Positions 44,833-58,740 of a DNA stretch of 64,000 nucleotides are shown in pieces; positions within the stretch are counted from its first letter, which is position 1, and each line of letters begins with the position of its first letter. Below the pieces are notes generated by a model. The model was given only the letters and a program-made list of their open reading frames with translations. It did no database searches and was not told the DNA's origin. A program made the position numbers and the translations under genes. This stretch comes from the human T2T-CHM13v2.0 reference genome, Homo sapiens, in assembly GCF_009914755.1 (NCBI RefSeq), contig NC_060926.1; one strand, written 5' to 3'.

Positions 44833-46160
44833 GGAGAGGCAGGAGCCATGAAGAATGGGGCCAGACAAGGAAGGTCCTCCTGCAGATGCCCCGATGGCAG
44901 GCATAGCACCAGTGCCAAGGGTTTATTCATTGGGTGGCCACCAGTCACCCAGTAGTGAACCTAGGCATTGAGCTGGGAAACCTTCTTGCCTCCAACTTCT
45001 TTGCACAGGAATGAAGAACAACCTAAGTTTCTATTCCAGCAGAGTGGGTGCTTCAGATGCCTGGAGGTCTGCCTGGTTGTGGAGCAGAAATGGTCCCCTT
45101 GCACAAAGATCTCTGCACAGGAAGAGTGAGACAGGTCAGGCTGCTGATACCATTAGGCAGGTATTCCAAAAGCCTGGAGATCTTCTGGGCGTGAAGCAGA
45201 GAGAGTCCTACTACACCAAGATCTATGTCCAGGAATGTTGGGGCAACTCAGGCTGCTGTACCAGCAAATGAGTGCTTAAAATGCCTGGACATCTACCTGG
45301 GCATGGAGCAGAGAGAGCCTCACTGCACCATCATATATGTCCAGAAAAAGCAGGGCAGCTCAAGCTGTTGGTTCAGGCAAGCAGGTGCCCCAAACGCCTG
45401 GATTTCTAACTGGGGGTTGAGCAGAGAGGGCCCACCTGATCTCAGGGGAGCAGAGTGCAATGCCCAGAAATGGCACCAACGAGTCAGTTCCAGGTCGCCA
45501 AGCTAAATCCGACGTCAAGTCTTGCCTCCCATAGAAAACTACAGCTGTAGCAACTCTCCTCCCAGGCTTATGACAGAGGAGAGCACAATTCCAGCACATA
45601 CTGCTGAGGTAATTTCCACAGTTTTAGCTGTGGAAACCCCTACCCTACACCAGAGCATACACTTCAATCCCTGGCCTGAGAGTAAAATGGCTGCACAGCC
45701 ACACTGCCAGGTCTCCACAAATGATTGACTTTGTATGTACTTGGACTAAAAATGGCACCTTGCTTTCACTCCTGGGTCTGAGAAAATGTCTGCAGTTTTT
45801 CCTGGTCTCTTTTCATCATAGCACCTTCAAGTCTCTCTCCAAATTAACTCCAGGGTTTAAGAGAATCAAAGTGCTCTCCGTCAGCCTGGGTTGCTATGAT
45901 CCCAAGTCAAAAGTTGAATCACGAGGGAAGCTCTCTGCCTTTCTCTCTCATACTGGGGCTCCACTCACTTTCATCAGCTGGATGCCATCACAGGGTTGTT
46001 TGCCGGTGTTCTCTCTGAGATACGGGGTGTTGTTCACAATTCTGGTGGATTCCCATTTTCCTTCTTGAATTAAAGCTCACACTGTTGATATTTATGTAGT
46101 ATCTTTCTATTTCTGAGTGGCTGAGGCACTCTGAAAACCTTTAATCCTCCATCTTGGAAA
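44833..46160 (-). mobile_element. Orphan L1 5'UTR (L1PA15-16 / MER25-like)
   Basis: Reverse complement starts 'ttccaagatggaggattaaaggttttcagagtgcctcagccactcagaaatag...gtgagctttaattcaagaaggaaaatgggaatccaccaga', with the YY1-type CAAGATGG. GC-rich; no matching ORF1 follows. Confidence 0.75.
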
Positions 46161-46301
46161 AAAAAAGGTTTAGTATTTTTAAAGTTGTATCTGTTGAAAT
46201 AGACATTTTAATTTTGATAAAGTTCAATATATTTATTTATTTTTCTCTTGTTCATCTTTTTCTGTCATATCTAAAAACTATTTCCCAATCTTAGATCATG
46301 A

Positions 46302-46701
<400 letters not shown>

Positions 46702-46715
46702 TGATTTGAAGAAAG

Positions 46716-47406
46716 TGTTAACAGTGGAAGAGATCCCAGTTACCATGAGTTGACAGTGGTGTATGTGTGCAGGTTTGCAGCAACTTCAGTCCTTGCCTCC
46801 TCAGAAGAAAGAATTAGACTGAGAGGAATAAACTAGAAAAAGACACCAATGCAAGTTTCAGAGCAGGAGTGGAAGTTCATTCAAAAAGGCTTTAGAACAG
46901 GAAAGAAAGGAAAATTCACTTGAAAGAGATCCAAGAGGGCACCTGAAGGTCAAAGAGAAGAGAGCCTTTAACCTTGATGCTAGGGCTTTATAGGCTCACC
47001 TCTTTCCCATTATTCTTCCCTTAGGGTGGGCCCCCCATTCGCAGTGCCCCCTTATCCTTAGGAATTGAGCACATGCAGTGTGTTTAGGAAGTTGTACTCA
47101 CACCCATCTGAGACTTTCTTCTTTTTCTGGTGGAGTGCACCCTGAAGGTCATACTTTGCCATTTTGTCTCTTAGCGTGCATGCCCAGGAAGTTTTTTCTC
47201 CCTGGCATCTGGATTCAATTAACACTTTAATGTTAATAGCTGTGGATCATCAGGAAATGGCCCCACCATGGCATCCTGGGTAGGCTGCCAAATTATCATT
47301 TTTAGAGAAGCAGTGTGATAACTGTCAAACCATCACCTGATAATTCTAGTGAGCAGGGGAGACCCCTCTCCTGGCCCGCTCATGCCCATCTTACTATTTG
47401 TTAACA
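46716..47406 (-). mobile_element. MER50-type ERV1 solo LTR
   Basis: TGTTAACA at both ends. 5-bp TSD GAAAG at 46711-46715 and 47407-47411. Contains 'cttgcctcctcagaagaaagaatt' and 'ccatcacctga'. Confidence 0.88.
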
Positions 47407-47949
47407 GAAAGGATCCCACTTATTTACTTTGCAGGTGGTTATCCAGTTGCCTCGGATCTATCTGTGAAAAAGATTATTCTTTTCCCAATTTATGGTGTTC
47501 AGGATGAAGAAGGAAGTCCCCAACTTCAACTGAAGTTCCCTGGACTTATCCCAACCCACAAGCAGCTAGAAACTGTAAGAGAAATCCTAAAGTCTTGTTT
47601 CTTCTGGGAAGAAAGCTCTCCAGCAAGAATCCTGAGGAGAGAGGTCCCTGTGTTCCTTGTTGTAGCAATCTAGAGAGGAATTTCCTACTTACTGAGCTGG
47701 TAGAAGGAAGGGATAAAACTGACTTAATTCGCATTCCACAGACTCTGGCCTTTCTCAAGATATTTTCATAGATTTTCTTAAATTGTCATGTCTTCATTTG
47801 CTGTTTGCTCTTAGGGCTATTTCCAGAGGCTTTTAATAGAAGTGCACATGTGTGTTTAATAGTTTTCACCAGTTTCACTGAGGAGTGGGTCAATAGAACT
47901 CCTCACATGGTTACACAGAAAGTTGATCTTTCTCCTCTATTCGAAGAAG

Positions 47950-48875
47950 TGTTTTATTAGTATATTGAACAAGATGTTTCTAAAATTTTATATTGATTTA
48001 AATAACTTACAATGGCCAAATATTGTAGATGAAAATCAAGGCTGTAGATACCAAGATTTATTATGCAGTAAAACAATTAAAACAGGTGCTATTAAGACAG
48101 ATGCGTACAATTAACCAACAAAACAACAAAATCCAGAAAAATCCCATATATAATTCATGACAAAAGAAAGAATTATTCTTTCTTTCAGTAGTGAAAGAAA
48201 CTATGGGGAAAGAATAATTATCTTGGTAAATGATGGCGTGTCAGTTGGGTACCCATATCCAAAATAAATAAATAACTTGAATTCTGTATTATACCATGCA
48301 GAAAATAAATTCCATATGGACTACAAACCTAAACAAAAATTATAAAGCAATAATTTTTTAGAATGTGCTAGCCAAAAATGAAAATATATTTTTCGTATTG
48401 TATTAAATTTGAATTTCTATTTCTTAAAAACTTAATATTGTGAAAAAACAAGCTACAGAATGGGAAAAAATATCTGCAATACATACACAAGAGAGAACAC
48501 TCAATGAGAATGTATAAATGACTCGTACAAATCTCTAATAAAATAAAAGACAGCCCAATAATATGTGAGTAAAAGGTTTGAACAGGCACTTTACCAAAGA
48601 AGATACTCAAATGAGCAATAACGTATGAAAAGTTGCTAATTATTTTTTAACAAATAAATCCATATTTTAAATCACAATGTGATATGTTTATGACTCCACC
48701 AGAATAGCTAAATTTAATAGTAGGACAATATCAGATTTTGAAAAGAATGAAGAAGCAAAATTTTATATGTTGTTTGTGGAGTCGTTATTATTTATATCCA
48801 TTTTGCAAGAATGTCTGGCTATAAGTATTTAAGCAAAAATGTATACACTCTCTAACCCAGGAGTTCAACTCTGAA
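47950..48875 (+). mobile_element. Old L1M ORF2 3' fragment
   Basis: 'ataccatgcagaaaataaattccatatgg', 'aaacaagctacagaatgggaaaaaatatctgcaatac' and 'tttgaacaggcactttaccaaagaagatac'. Confidence 0.75.
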
Positions 48876-48884
48876 TATACTGAT

Positions 48885-49070
48885 GGTATCCTGGTATATA
48901 CTACCTCTTTAGGGTTGGGGATAGGGTGTTGCTTGATAACTCTGATGGGTTGTATAATATGGTGTAAATACTATTACAATAGCTGATTTCAAGCTATCCC
49001 CATGAGGCCACTAAACTTAGAGTTGAAAGGCAATGCCCATGATCAACTCCCACAAGTGAAAATGAGCTTC
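48885..49070 (+). mobile_element. MER63-like hAT-Blackjack remnant
   Basis: 'ggtgtaaatactattacaatagctgatttcaagctatc...cactaaacttagagttg' resembles the recalled MER63 consensus. Strand uncertain. Confidence 0.5.
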
Positions 49071-50606
49071 CCTTATCCACATAAGATGCTATATCATCAT
49101 TAAAGAGTGAGAATTAACTGAATTCATTTGTCTTAAACAACAATGGAGTTTCCCACTAATACAGGTCCCTGTTGGATGCAATATTGAAGGGGATATTTTA
49201 CAAAGAAATCCTCCTAAATCTTAACATCTCAGAAATATACCTGTTAATTGTGATCTACAGAGTCTATCATTACAGCTATGAAGTCCCAAACTCTTGGTAG
49301 GTTACTTACACAATAATGCCATTCTATTTGTCTCTATACAACTTACTAGTCAGTCTGAAGGACAAAAAACAGTCAATCAAATTGTATATTTATTAAATTA
49401 ATTAAATTTGTAGAAAAATGTCTACATGTCATATTACATGTAGATTATATCTACAAGAAATATTTACATGTCATATAGGCACGTGTAATGTTTCTATATC
49501 TACTGGGAAAAAATTGTGCTGTGTAGACAAAGCCCCAATTTCTTTATCTTATTCTAGGGACAAGTTTATTCCTGTGTCTTCAATATTGATTATTATTAAT
49601 TCCATGGAAAAACAAATTAAACACATTCTTTGAACTGTAAAACTCATTACACACTAGTTTTTTAAATTTTATTTTGTGATTTTGATCAAGGAGATCTATT
49701 AAAAATTATAGATAATAATTATAAATACATATATTATATTTAAGAAAACATGAAGCTATGACCAACCGAATTTTTTTTAAGATCACACTAAACTTGATTA
49801 GTCCTTTATAATAGAAGATCATATAGAATTTATAGTTACTAAGACGATACCTGCTGGGAATATGAATTTTAGATTCAGGTATTGGTGTTAAACGGTATCA
49901 CGTAATTCAAGATATTGCAGAGCTGATAACCCTAGTTACTAAATAATAAAGTTTAAACCACATCAACCAGGATTGAATTTATTTATTCATAAACCTCATC
50001 CTTCATAATAACATTTAATTGCATGGATTCTGCAGTGAGAAGGGGTACCATCCAATGTGTCAGAAACCAAAAATATGTGACATAATTTTTATATTTAAAA
50101 AATCCAATGCATGGCACAGATACCAAGACAATAATGCCTTCATAATATCTTTTTAGTATTTTTTCTTGAAAATATGAACTACTGACTTTTAAATTTTGTG
50201 CTTTTACATATCAAAACATTTATTTTACAAGTTAATAAATTTAATTATGTTAATTTTGTTATAATCTCTAAAGACAGCAAATCCCACTCTTTTATTCTCT
50301 TTACTTTTATTCATTTATAAATTATTTTCTTAATAAATCAGAAAGGGCAGAGGAAAGTCACAAAGGTACAAAACGTACACATTTTTGTACCTTTTCCTTT
50401 TTTTAGGTAAGCAACATTATCTGGTAGGAAACACATATTCCTTTTATTTTCTCAAGGTCTTGAGATTATTTTAATCTTTTATATTTTCCCATTAAAAATT
50501 TTGAAATGGTAAAATGATTAATAGTGATTTTATTCATTTTGAATAAATAAACAATTAATAATAATGGGAATGGTGCCATAACAGAAACTGATATAGAGCT
50601 ATACAG

Positions 50607-50864
50607 ATATAGATGTGCAAAAAGAGAATAATTTTAAATTCACCTTTCATGTATTAATTTAAAAGAAAATACAACTTAAAATTTTATATTTTAATTTTTA
50701 CAATAATGTAATTATGAATATAAACTAAAGTTTTCTGAACTGGGTAATGTGGGAGGTGATTCAGTCAGAAGTGTAGAATTATGAAGTGGTGATGACGCCA
50801 TTGCTTAAACTGTGGAAGTTGATTACTCACTTCAGTCACATCAGTGTTGTTGGAAATTGACCCA
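50607..50864 (+). repeat. Inverted duplication 2, copy A (partner 52728-52976)
   Basis: Matches the reverse complement of 52728-52976 at roughly 85-90% identity by eye, plus one 9-bp indel. Confidence 0.93.
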
Positions 50865-51574
50865 CAAAGCTCACTTTGCATTGCCTGGACAATGAGCTAA
50901 CTAGTAGAGAAATCTTCTAACTTCTCCTTGTGAAGGAATTTTATTTAAATTCAGCTTTTCTTATGCATCGAATCTTTAAGTGCAGGGTCCCTGATGTTTT
51001 TAAGACAAATACCATAAATTGTTGGCATCTAAACCCAGATTGCCTGGTACCTGTGTAATGTTTTCTCTTCCCACTGGGAAGGTTGGGAAGGGACTGCAGG
51101 GCCCACCACTGGGACACATGTGTTCTCACTGCGTGCATCCACCACACTTCTCTGTGGGACATAGTGAGGATTGGGTGACTTCTGTGGTTGTATGCTGACT
51201 TTTGAATTTCAACTTTACCAATTAAAGACTATTTGTCAGTATTCTTAATGCTAAATGTGATATTGTGAAATTGACCCATGCCCACTTTGCATGGCAAGTG
51301 TCACAAGGTAGCAATGATTAGATTACTATATCTGATTTGTGACTAATAGCCACCTATTATGTATATCCTATTTATTACTTCTGTGCCACATTCTAGACCT
51401 ACTCTGAACAAATCATACCATAATTTCTTAAAATAGTCAAAGGGGAAGACAGATCAATTAAAGTATTTTAAATGTTTATATTAGAGAATGCTATGCTATT
51501 CTCCTAAACTTTGTCTTTCATATCTCAGATGCCACATAATGACAGGCAACTACTTTGTAAAAAAGATAAATTCT

Positions 51575-52416
51575 ATTTCTCCACAACCTCATCAGCTTCT
51601 ATTATTTCTTGACTTTTTAATAATCACTATTCTGAATGGCATGAAATGGTATCTCATTGTGATTCTCATTTGCATTTCTCTAATGATCAGTGATGATGAG
51701 CTTTTTTTCATATTTGTTGGCCAAATAAAGATCTTCTTTTGAGAAGTGTCTGTTCCTAAACTTTACCCATTTTTTCATGGGGTTGTTTATTTTTTTTTCT
51801 TGTAAATTTGTTTAAGTCCTCGTAGATTCTGGATATTAGACCTTTGTTAGATGGGTAGATTTCAAAAATTTTCTTTTGACCCCGAAATCCAATTACTGAG
51901 TAATATACCCAAAGGAAGATAAATCATTCTACTATAAAGACACAAGAACATGTGTGTTTATTGCAGCATTATTTACAATAGCAAAGACTTGGAACAAACA
52001 CAAATGCCCATCAATGATAGACTGAATAAAGAAAATGTGATACATATACACCATGAAATACTATGCAGTCATAAAAAGTAAAGAGATCATGTACCTTGCA
52101 GGGACATGGATGAAGCTTGAAGCCATCATCCTCAGCAAACTAACACAGGAACAGAAAACCAAACAACGCATGTTCTTACTCATAAGTGGTAGTTGAACAA
52201 TGAGAAAACATGGAAACAGGGAGGGGAACAACAAATAATGGGGACAGTCGGGGGGTGGGGAGCACAGGGAAGGGAGAGCACTAGGACAAATACCTAATGC
52301 ATGCGGTTTGACAGGTTGATGGGTGCAGCAAACCACCATGGCACATGTATACCTATGTAACAAACCTGCACATTCTGCACTTGTATCCAGAACTTAAAAA
52401 TAAAAACAAAATTTTT
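51575..52416 (+). mobile_element. 5'-truncated, 5'-inverted (twin-primed) L1PA
   Basis: 51575-51874 is antisense ORF2 end; 51875-52416 is sense 3' end/3'UTR with A-tail. 17-bp TSD TAAAAAAGATAAATTCT at 51558-51574 and 52417-52433. Confidence 0.93.
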
Positions 52417-52727
52417 TAAAAAAGATAAATTCTGTGTAGCCACCACTGATTGTGCCTATAATGATATCAAGAATTCCGTTTTGCTTGATTTAGGTTTTTA
52501 ATTTTCTACTGAACGTCAAATTGGTTTGACATTGTATACGTAAAACTTCAGTTATCACAAATATGTCAGATGTATAGTAAGTCTATATATCTTTTAAATT
52601 ATGTTTACTATATATAATCAATAGTAAATCTATTATTAAATTTATTGTAGTAAATCTATTACAGTAAATGTATAGTAAATTGTAAATCTATTATTAAAAG
52701 ATATATAGTAAGTCTATATATCTTTTC

Positions 52728-52976
52728 TGGGTCAATTCCCAACATGACTGAAGTGAGTAATGAACTTATACATTTTAAGCAATGGCATCATCGCCAGTTC
52801 ATAATTCTACACTTCTGATTGAACCATCTCCAACATTACCCAGTTTAGAAAACTTTAGTTTATGTTCATAACTACATTATTGTAAAAATTAAAATATGAA
52901 GAATTTACATTTTATTTTTTAAAAATTAAAACATAAAAGTTGAAATTAAAATGATTCTCTTTTTGCACATCTATAT
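52728..52976 (-). repeat. Inverted duplication 2, copy B, within AT-rich mosaic 52573-53097
   Basis: Reverse complement of 50607-50864, flanked by re-used short motifs. Confidence 0.93.
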
Positions 52977-54188
52977 TTACTATCTACAATAGTAAACATA
53001 TCTACTATCTACAATAGTAAATATAATTGAAAAGATATATAAATTATATATGATAGATTATATATATAAATGGATAATAAATATAATTTAAAAGATGAAG
53101 AGAGGTTTGAGTTGTTCCAAACTATGAAACAGTTCTCCATATTTCACTTTTTTATCACAGAAATGTATAATCACTCCTGAGTTCCAAACTGCTAACTATA
53201 TACTACTCTTTCATTCTCATATTATAATAGCAACACACCCATTCCACTGTTTTTAAGAATTACCATTTACCAAGATTGGAGGCACTATAGGTAAAAATAG
53301 AAATCTAGAAGGAGGAAATCTACTTCAAGATATAATATAGGTGTAACAGCTATAGAAAATATTTTCATGTGGCATTCTACTGTAGATTATCCAACTTTTT
53401 TTAAACAATTGTCATAATTTTCAGGTAAATGGCTAGAGGTTAAAAATCTGAGGATATATATTAATTAGTTGAACTCATATGACTTATAGCTATTTAAGGT
53501 GTGCATTATCCCTCTGCCTTCTCAGAGGCTATTATTGCTTTAAGGGCTGAAGCCTACACAAGGCAGCCAAGAATGGGACAGAGACAGCAGGGGCCCACTC
53601 TAAAGCTGCTGAGTCCATCTGTCATAGCAAGGATGTTAGCATTTACTTTAAAATCGAATTTCCATTCCAAAATGTAATTTCACCAACCACTAACTCTTGC
53701 AACATTATATATTTTTACCCAGATGCTATTTCTGGAGCTGTTAGTCATGACTAGCTCTGCATTAAAATTTGACTGAAGCTGCATGTATGTATTAAATCAG
53801 TAAGTACCTTGAACTTTATGTTATTTAAGAAGATTGGGAAATATGATATTTCAGGGAATAATGTTAATATATAATTGACACACACATTCCAAATAATATG
53901 AAGGATATAGTTTTCTATAGAAATTTATACCAGTAACTTTGAATTTTCAGAGAGAGTGTCTAGTATGGATTTTATGATGCTTAAACATTATTAATAGCAA
54001 TATTTTTATATTAAAATGATAGTAATTTTCAGTTGATCAGAAATTAAAATCTAGTTAATTCTATTATTGAATGTGTTTGTATTTGTCTATGTGTAATAGC
54101 ATGTGTGTACAGTACATGCATGCACATATACACACATTAACACATACACTATATATATTTACACACAGATGTATGTGGTGTACATATA

Positions 54189-55558
54189 AGAGGGGACTTC
54201 AAAAATTTCATAGAAAAATTGAATTAAAAGATAAAAATAGAAAAAATCTCTCAACATAAAGAAACATCTGATTAAAAAACTTAATGTTAAGAAAACATTC
54301 ATGAAGAAAAGGAATTAAAAGATAAAAATTCAAAAAACATTTCTCAACATAAAGCTCCGTCAAGTTCAAAACACTTTTGTAGCAATGAAACCAGCCATTT
54401 AGTCTATCACTAAAGAACTGAGTTTCCTAGAAATTTAACCATGTAAATGCAATCTTTTTTACATTATCAACTGAAGAACAAGGGATTCCTTTATGAATTT
54501 TTAAGATTAGGAAACAGAAAGAATTCAGAAATAGCCAAATCATGATTGCAAGGTAGGTACGTAATGATATCCCATCAAAATTCTTTCAAAATGGCCGTTG
54601 TTTGATGAAAGAAATGAGCAGGAGAATTGACATGGTGGAGAAGGACTCTCTAGTGAATGTTTCTCAGCCATTTTTCTGCTAAAGTTTTGGTTAACTTTCT
54701 TGAAGCACTCTCATAATAAGCATGTTATGATTGTTTGGCACTCCAGAAAGACCCAATGCATTTAGCATCCCCATAAAACTGTTGTTGCCAGGATCATTGC
54801 TCTTGACCAGTCCACTTATACTTTGACTGGACCACTTCCACCACTTGGTAGCCATTGCTTTGATTGTGCTTTGTCTTTAGGATTGTACTGGTAAAGCTGT
54901 GTTACATCTCTCAATATAATTCTTTGAAGAAATACTTCAGGATCTTGATCCCACTTGTTTAAAATTTCATTGAAATTCTGCTTTTGTCCTCAGCTGATCT
55001 GGGTGCAATGGTCTGACACTCATTGAATGGAAAGTTTGCTTAACTTTAAATTTCACTCAGAATTATGTAAGCTGAACAAATTGAAATGCCTATGGTGTTG
55101 ACTATTGCTTCTGGTGTTATCAGTTCTTTTCAATTAGGGCATGAACAAGATGAACTTTTCCTCACAAATTGATGTGGATGATCTGTCGCTGCAGGCTTCA
55201 TCTTCAACATTGTCTTGTCCCTTCTTAGAATGGATTATTCATTTGTATACTGCTAATTTGGGATAGAGGAGCATTTTCCCCGTAAAGCATTTCATAAAGT
55301 ATCAATGATTTTACCATTTCTTCCACCCAACTACACCATAATTTGATATTTGTTCTTGGTCAATTTTAGCAGAATTCATGTTGCTCTGACAAGGGCTTTT
55401 GTCAAACTGATGTCTTACCCATCTTAGTGACTCAGACTAGATCTTGTTTATACATGTTTTAACAAGGTGTATGACTTTATTTTGGTGCAAAATCTTTTTG
55501 AAATCCATGAATAGTTTTTGTATAATATGCATTTTTATGATATCTTTGAAAACCCTCG
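54189..55558 (-). mobile_element. Hsmar2 mariner transposon, full length with decayed transposase
   Basis: TIRs 'agaggggacttcaaaaatttcat' and 'atgatatctttgaaaaccctcg'. The minus strand gives 'gagcaacATGAATTCTGCTAAAATTG' (ATG at 55379) and 'ggctaccaagtggtggaagtggtccagtcaaag', matching Hsmar2. Frameshifted. Confidence 0.92.
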
Positions 55559-55873
55559 TGTGTGTGTGTTTGTGTCTATGGCATGCCCTATATATGTGGA
55601 AGGATAAATCTGTAAATGCATGCACTAATATGGACTACAGATGTGAACTATATCTCCATGTACATATGTATCTCTATATACATGTGCATTTATGGATGAA
55701 ATATTTATTGCCTACTGTGTGTTAAGTGACTGTGCTCTTAGCTATGCAAATGATTTCAACTGATGTTTTTTCCCTATCCCATCTATTTACTATCCTCTAA
55801 CTTGTTCCAAAAAATAGGATACAGGATAAATAACTGAAATTGTTTTTTGAATGAGATTGCAGTCGATATATGA

Positions 55874-56263
<390 letters not shown>

Positions 56264-58116
56264 GGTGATAGTTGTTTTTTAGAATTTTTTCCCCTTATCA
56301 CAAGACTGAAATGAAAATTGATGCAATCACATGATGGAATATTTGTTCAATCTGACAGATTAATGGTCTAGGAAGAAAAAATTAATTTTGATTTCACCAA
56401 AGAAAAACAGTTTGTTGAAAATCAATCAGCTCTCATACATAGCTAAGAAAATATTCACTGCTTTTCAAGCCATCAAATGCTTTTAATAAATATCTAAAAC
56501 AAGGTGGTTAAAATGTCAACTAGCACTTTTATTAAGTATTTTTCTGGATTTAAAAAGAGAAATGTCATAGCATATCCTATCTTCTAGATTTGTATTCTCT
56601 TGGTCAAGAGCAAGCATGAGCAAGCCTCTGAAGAGCTGCATCTCTAACTGCAAGCATCCCCACGTACTTATATATATATGAGCAGGCACTGGCCCTCTCT
56701 TTTCTGACATTCCCTGAAGTGTTCAATATTAACAAGCTGTTCATTGAACTAGGAACAAATTGGTTGGAATCATATTTGCTATGTTTTATTAAAGCATAGG
56801 CAAAATTACAATTTCAAAACTACAAGGGATCTGATTCCAAATGTTATTTTTGTATATGATGAATTTTAAAAAGTGTTAAAGGGTGATCCAAAGTTGCCTA
56901 TCTATTCATTAGCATGTCTTGCTTTATGAAATCCAGAGGTTTTTTCTATTATGATATATGTTGCATACTGAATCTTAGGGTGCACATACCTGGCCTAGAC
57001 ATAAAGATCTGCTGTTACGTTATTTTCAAGTTGAGGTAGAGTTAATGTAAAGTAATATGCAACAATGTTCTTTTCAATGAGATTTACAATTATACCCACC
57101 ATCTTTGTACCTGCAGCAAATAGAAATGCTATTGTCAAGGTAGTCTGTATGAAATGCTGAATTTGGCAAATTCCTCAAAATACTTATAAAATGTGTTATA
57201 ATAAATAATATTTATATTTTTTTCTGGTAGTAATAACTAATTAATGCTAAATATATTTTTGAACTTCTACTATGTGCCAGAAAAACATTGGAAAAACAAA
57301 TCTGAATGAACAGGCTATTTTCTCAAACCTATAAGTAAAGGTTGGAGATAAATCCACATTTACATTTTTTTTTTTAACTTGCTACGAAAACACTTAAAAG
57401 AACAACCTGAGGCATTTTGGCTAACCAGAGAAGCTGATGCTTCTATCCAGTATTGAAGAGTAGATCACATTTTGTTTGATAAAGATCTTAAAAGTCTCAT
57501 GTTTCTACAGGCTTCTATGAATTTTCTTCTCTTAATTGGTTTAAGTGATTAATCAGTGATTACTAGATGGATCATTGATTGGTGTGACCAAGATTTAGGC
57601 AGAGGGTGTTAAAAGAGTGACTAGTATGGAGGGTAAAAATTTTAACAAGTCTAAATCATGAAGCGCCTTGAATACCATTCTGATTTGTTTGATTTTCTAT
57701 TAGCTATGTCAGGTCACCAAAAGATATTTTTATGAAAATAACATGGTCCTTTTGATTATTTCAGAAGACCATTTTGAAAATAACATAGAAACCCCATTGA
57801 TAGGAGATTAGATTGAATTTAGAAAGAAAGACCATTGTGAAGTGTCTGAGAAAAAGAACTGTTGCTTAGAATGTAGTCATTAGCAACAATTTACAAACAT
57901 TACTAAAATAATTGATATACATAAGAATAAGAAATATAACTGCAGAAAATATGGGATCTCAGGCAAAAGAAGTAAAATAGCTATCCTATGCTCAAAGAAA
58001 GAGAATATTTATCTCTTCTCACAAATGTTAATTCACACTGATTCACTCTCCTGGAAATGAAGAAGAATGGATAGAAAAAGTACCGATAAATTGGCTGTAT
58101 TTTGTTTTACACACAC

Positions 58117-58740
58117 ACCATATTATACACCTCTGTAGTTGCTTTCCTGTCATCTCTCCTAAGGGGGTGAATTCTTTAGTAAGAATGTCTTCTTACTAAA
58201 ATTGGCCATAAGTGTTTGTAAAAAATATATTTTTGATCCAGAATAAATTGATTTCAGCATCCAGTGGTATCCTACACATTATATATACTTAATAAAATAT
58301 TTCAGTAACAGGTATCACATGACAAACAAATAAATGGTTACTACAAAGATGTATTCTGTGAGCTTTGTATTTATTCATCCAGGTTTTCACTGTCTTCTAG
58401 TTTCAGTTATCTCTTCATATTGCACTTGATCTTAAATCAGGAAGAGTGTTTTATATTTAATATTCTGAAATATCTGGTAATAATTATAAGGCTCATCTAA
58501 TTCACCTCACTTTTAGAGACAAAAATGCTGGAAACAATCTGTTTAAATCTTTGAAAAATATCTCCAATAAATTAATTTAATTTTAAGAATAATTTTAAAT
58601 CTCACAATCATGAGATTAGCGTTATAATGATTTTGTCTTATTTATGACATTAATGTATTTTATTTGCAACAATACTACATGTGTAAAAGTTGAGCTGCCC
58701 AATGCAGATTAATAAATCAAAACTAAAATATAATTGACTT
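58117..58740 (-). repeat. Inverted duplication 1, copy B (partner 21964-22581)
   Basis: Reverse complement of 21964-22581. Confidence 0.95.

Noticed and set aside
44716-46068. Several 60-115 aa ORFs in a GC-rich block
   Set aside because: The block is an L1 5'UTR remnant and shows no coding signature.
50362-50394. 12-bp perfect hairpin AAAGGTACAAAA / TTTTGTACCTTT followed by T's, terminator-like
   Set aside because: Short and AT-rich, so plausible by chance or local template switching. Intrinsic terminators are not relevant in primate nuclear DNA.
50853-51296. Short direct similarity 'gaaattgaccca...cactttgcat' at ~50853 and ~51267
   Set aside because: About 30 bp with indels, too short to distinguish from chance.
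51558-52433. Strand switch within L1PA suggesting a genomic inversion
   Set aside because: Fully explained by twin priming at insertion, since a single 17-bp TSD flanks both parts.
52573-53097. Repeated short motifs superficially like a repeat-spacer (CRISPR-like) array
   Set aside because: Unit length is irregular, orientations are mixed, complexity is low, the context is eukaryotic and there are no cas-like ORFs.
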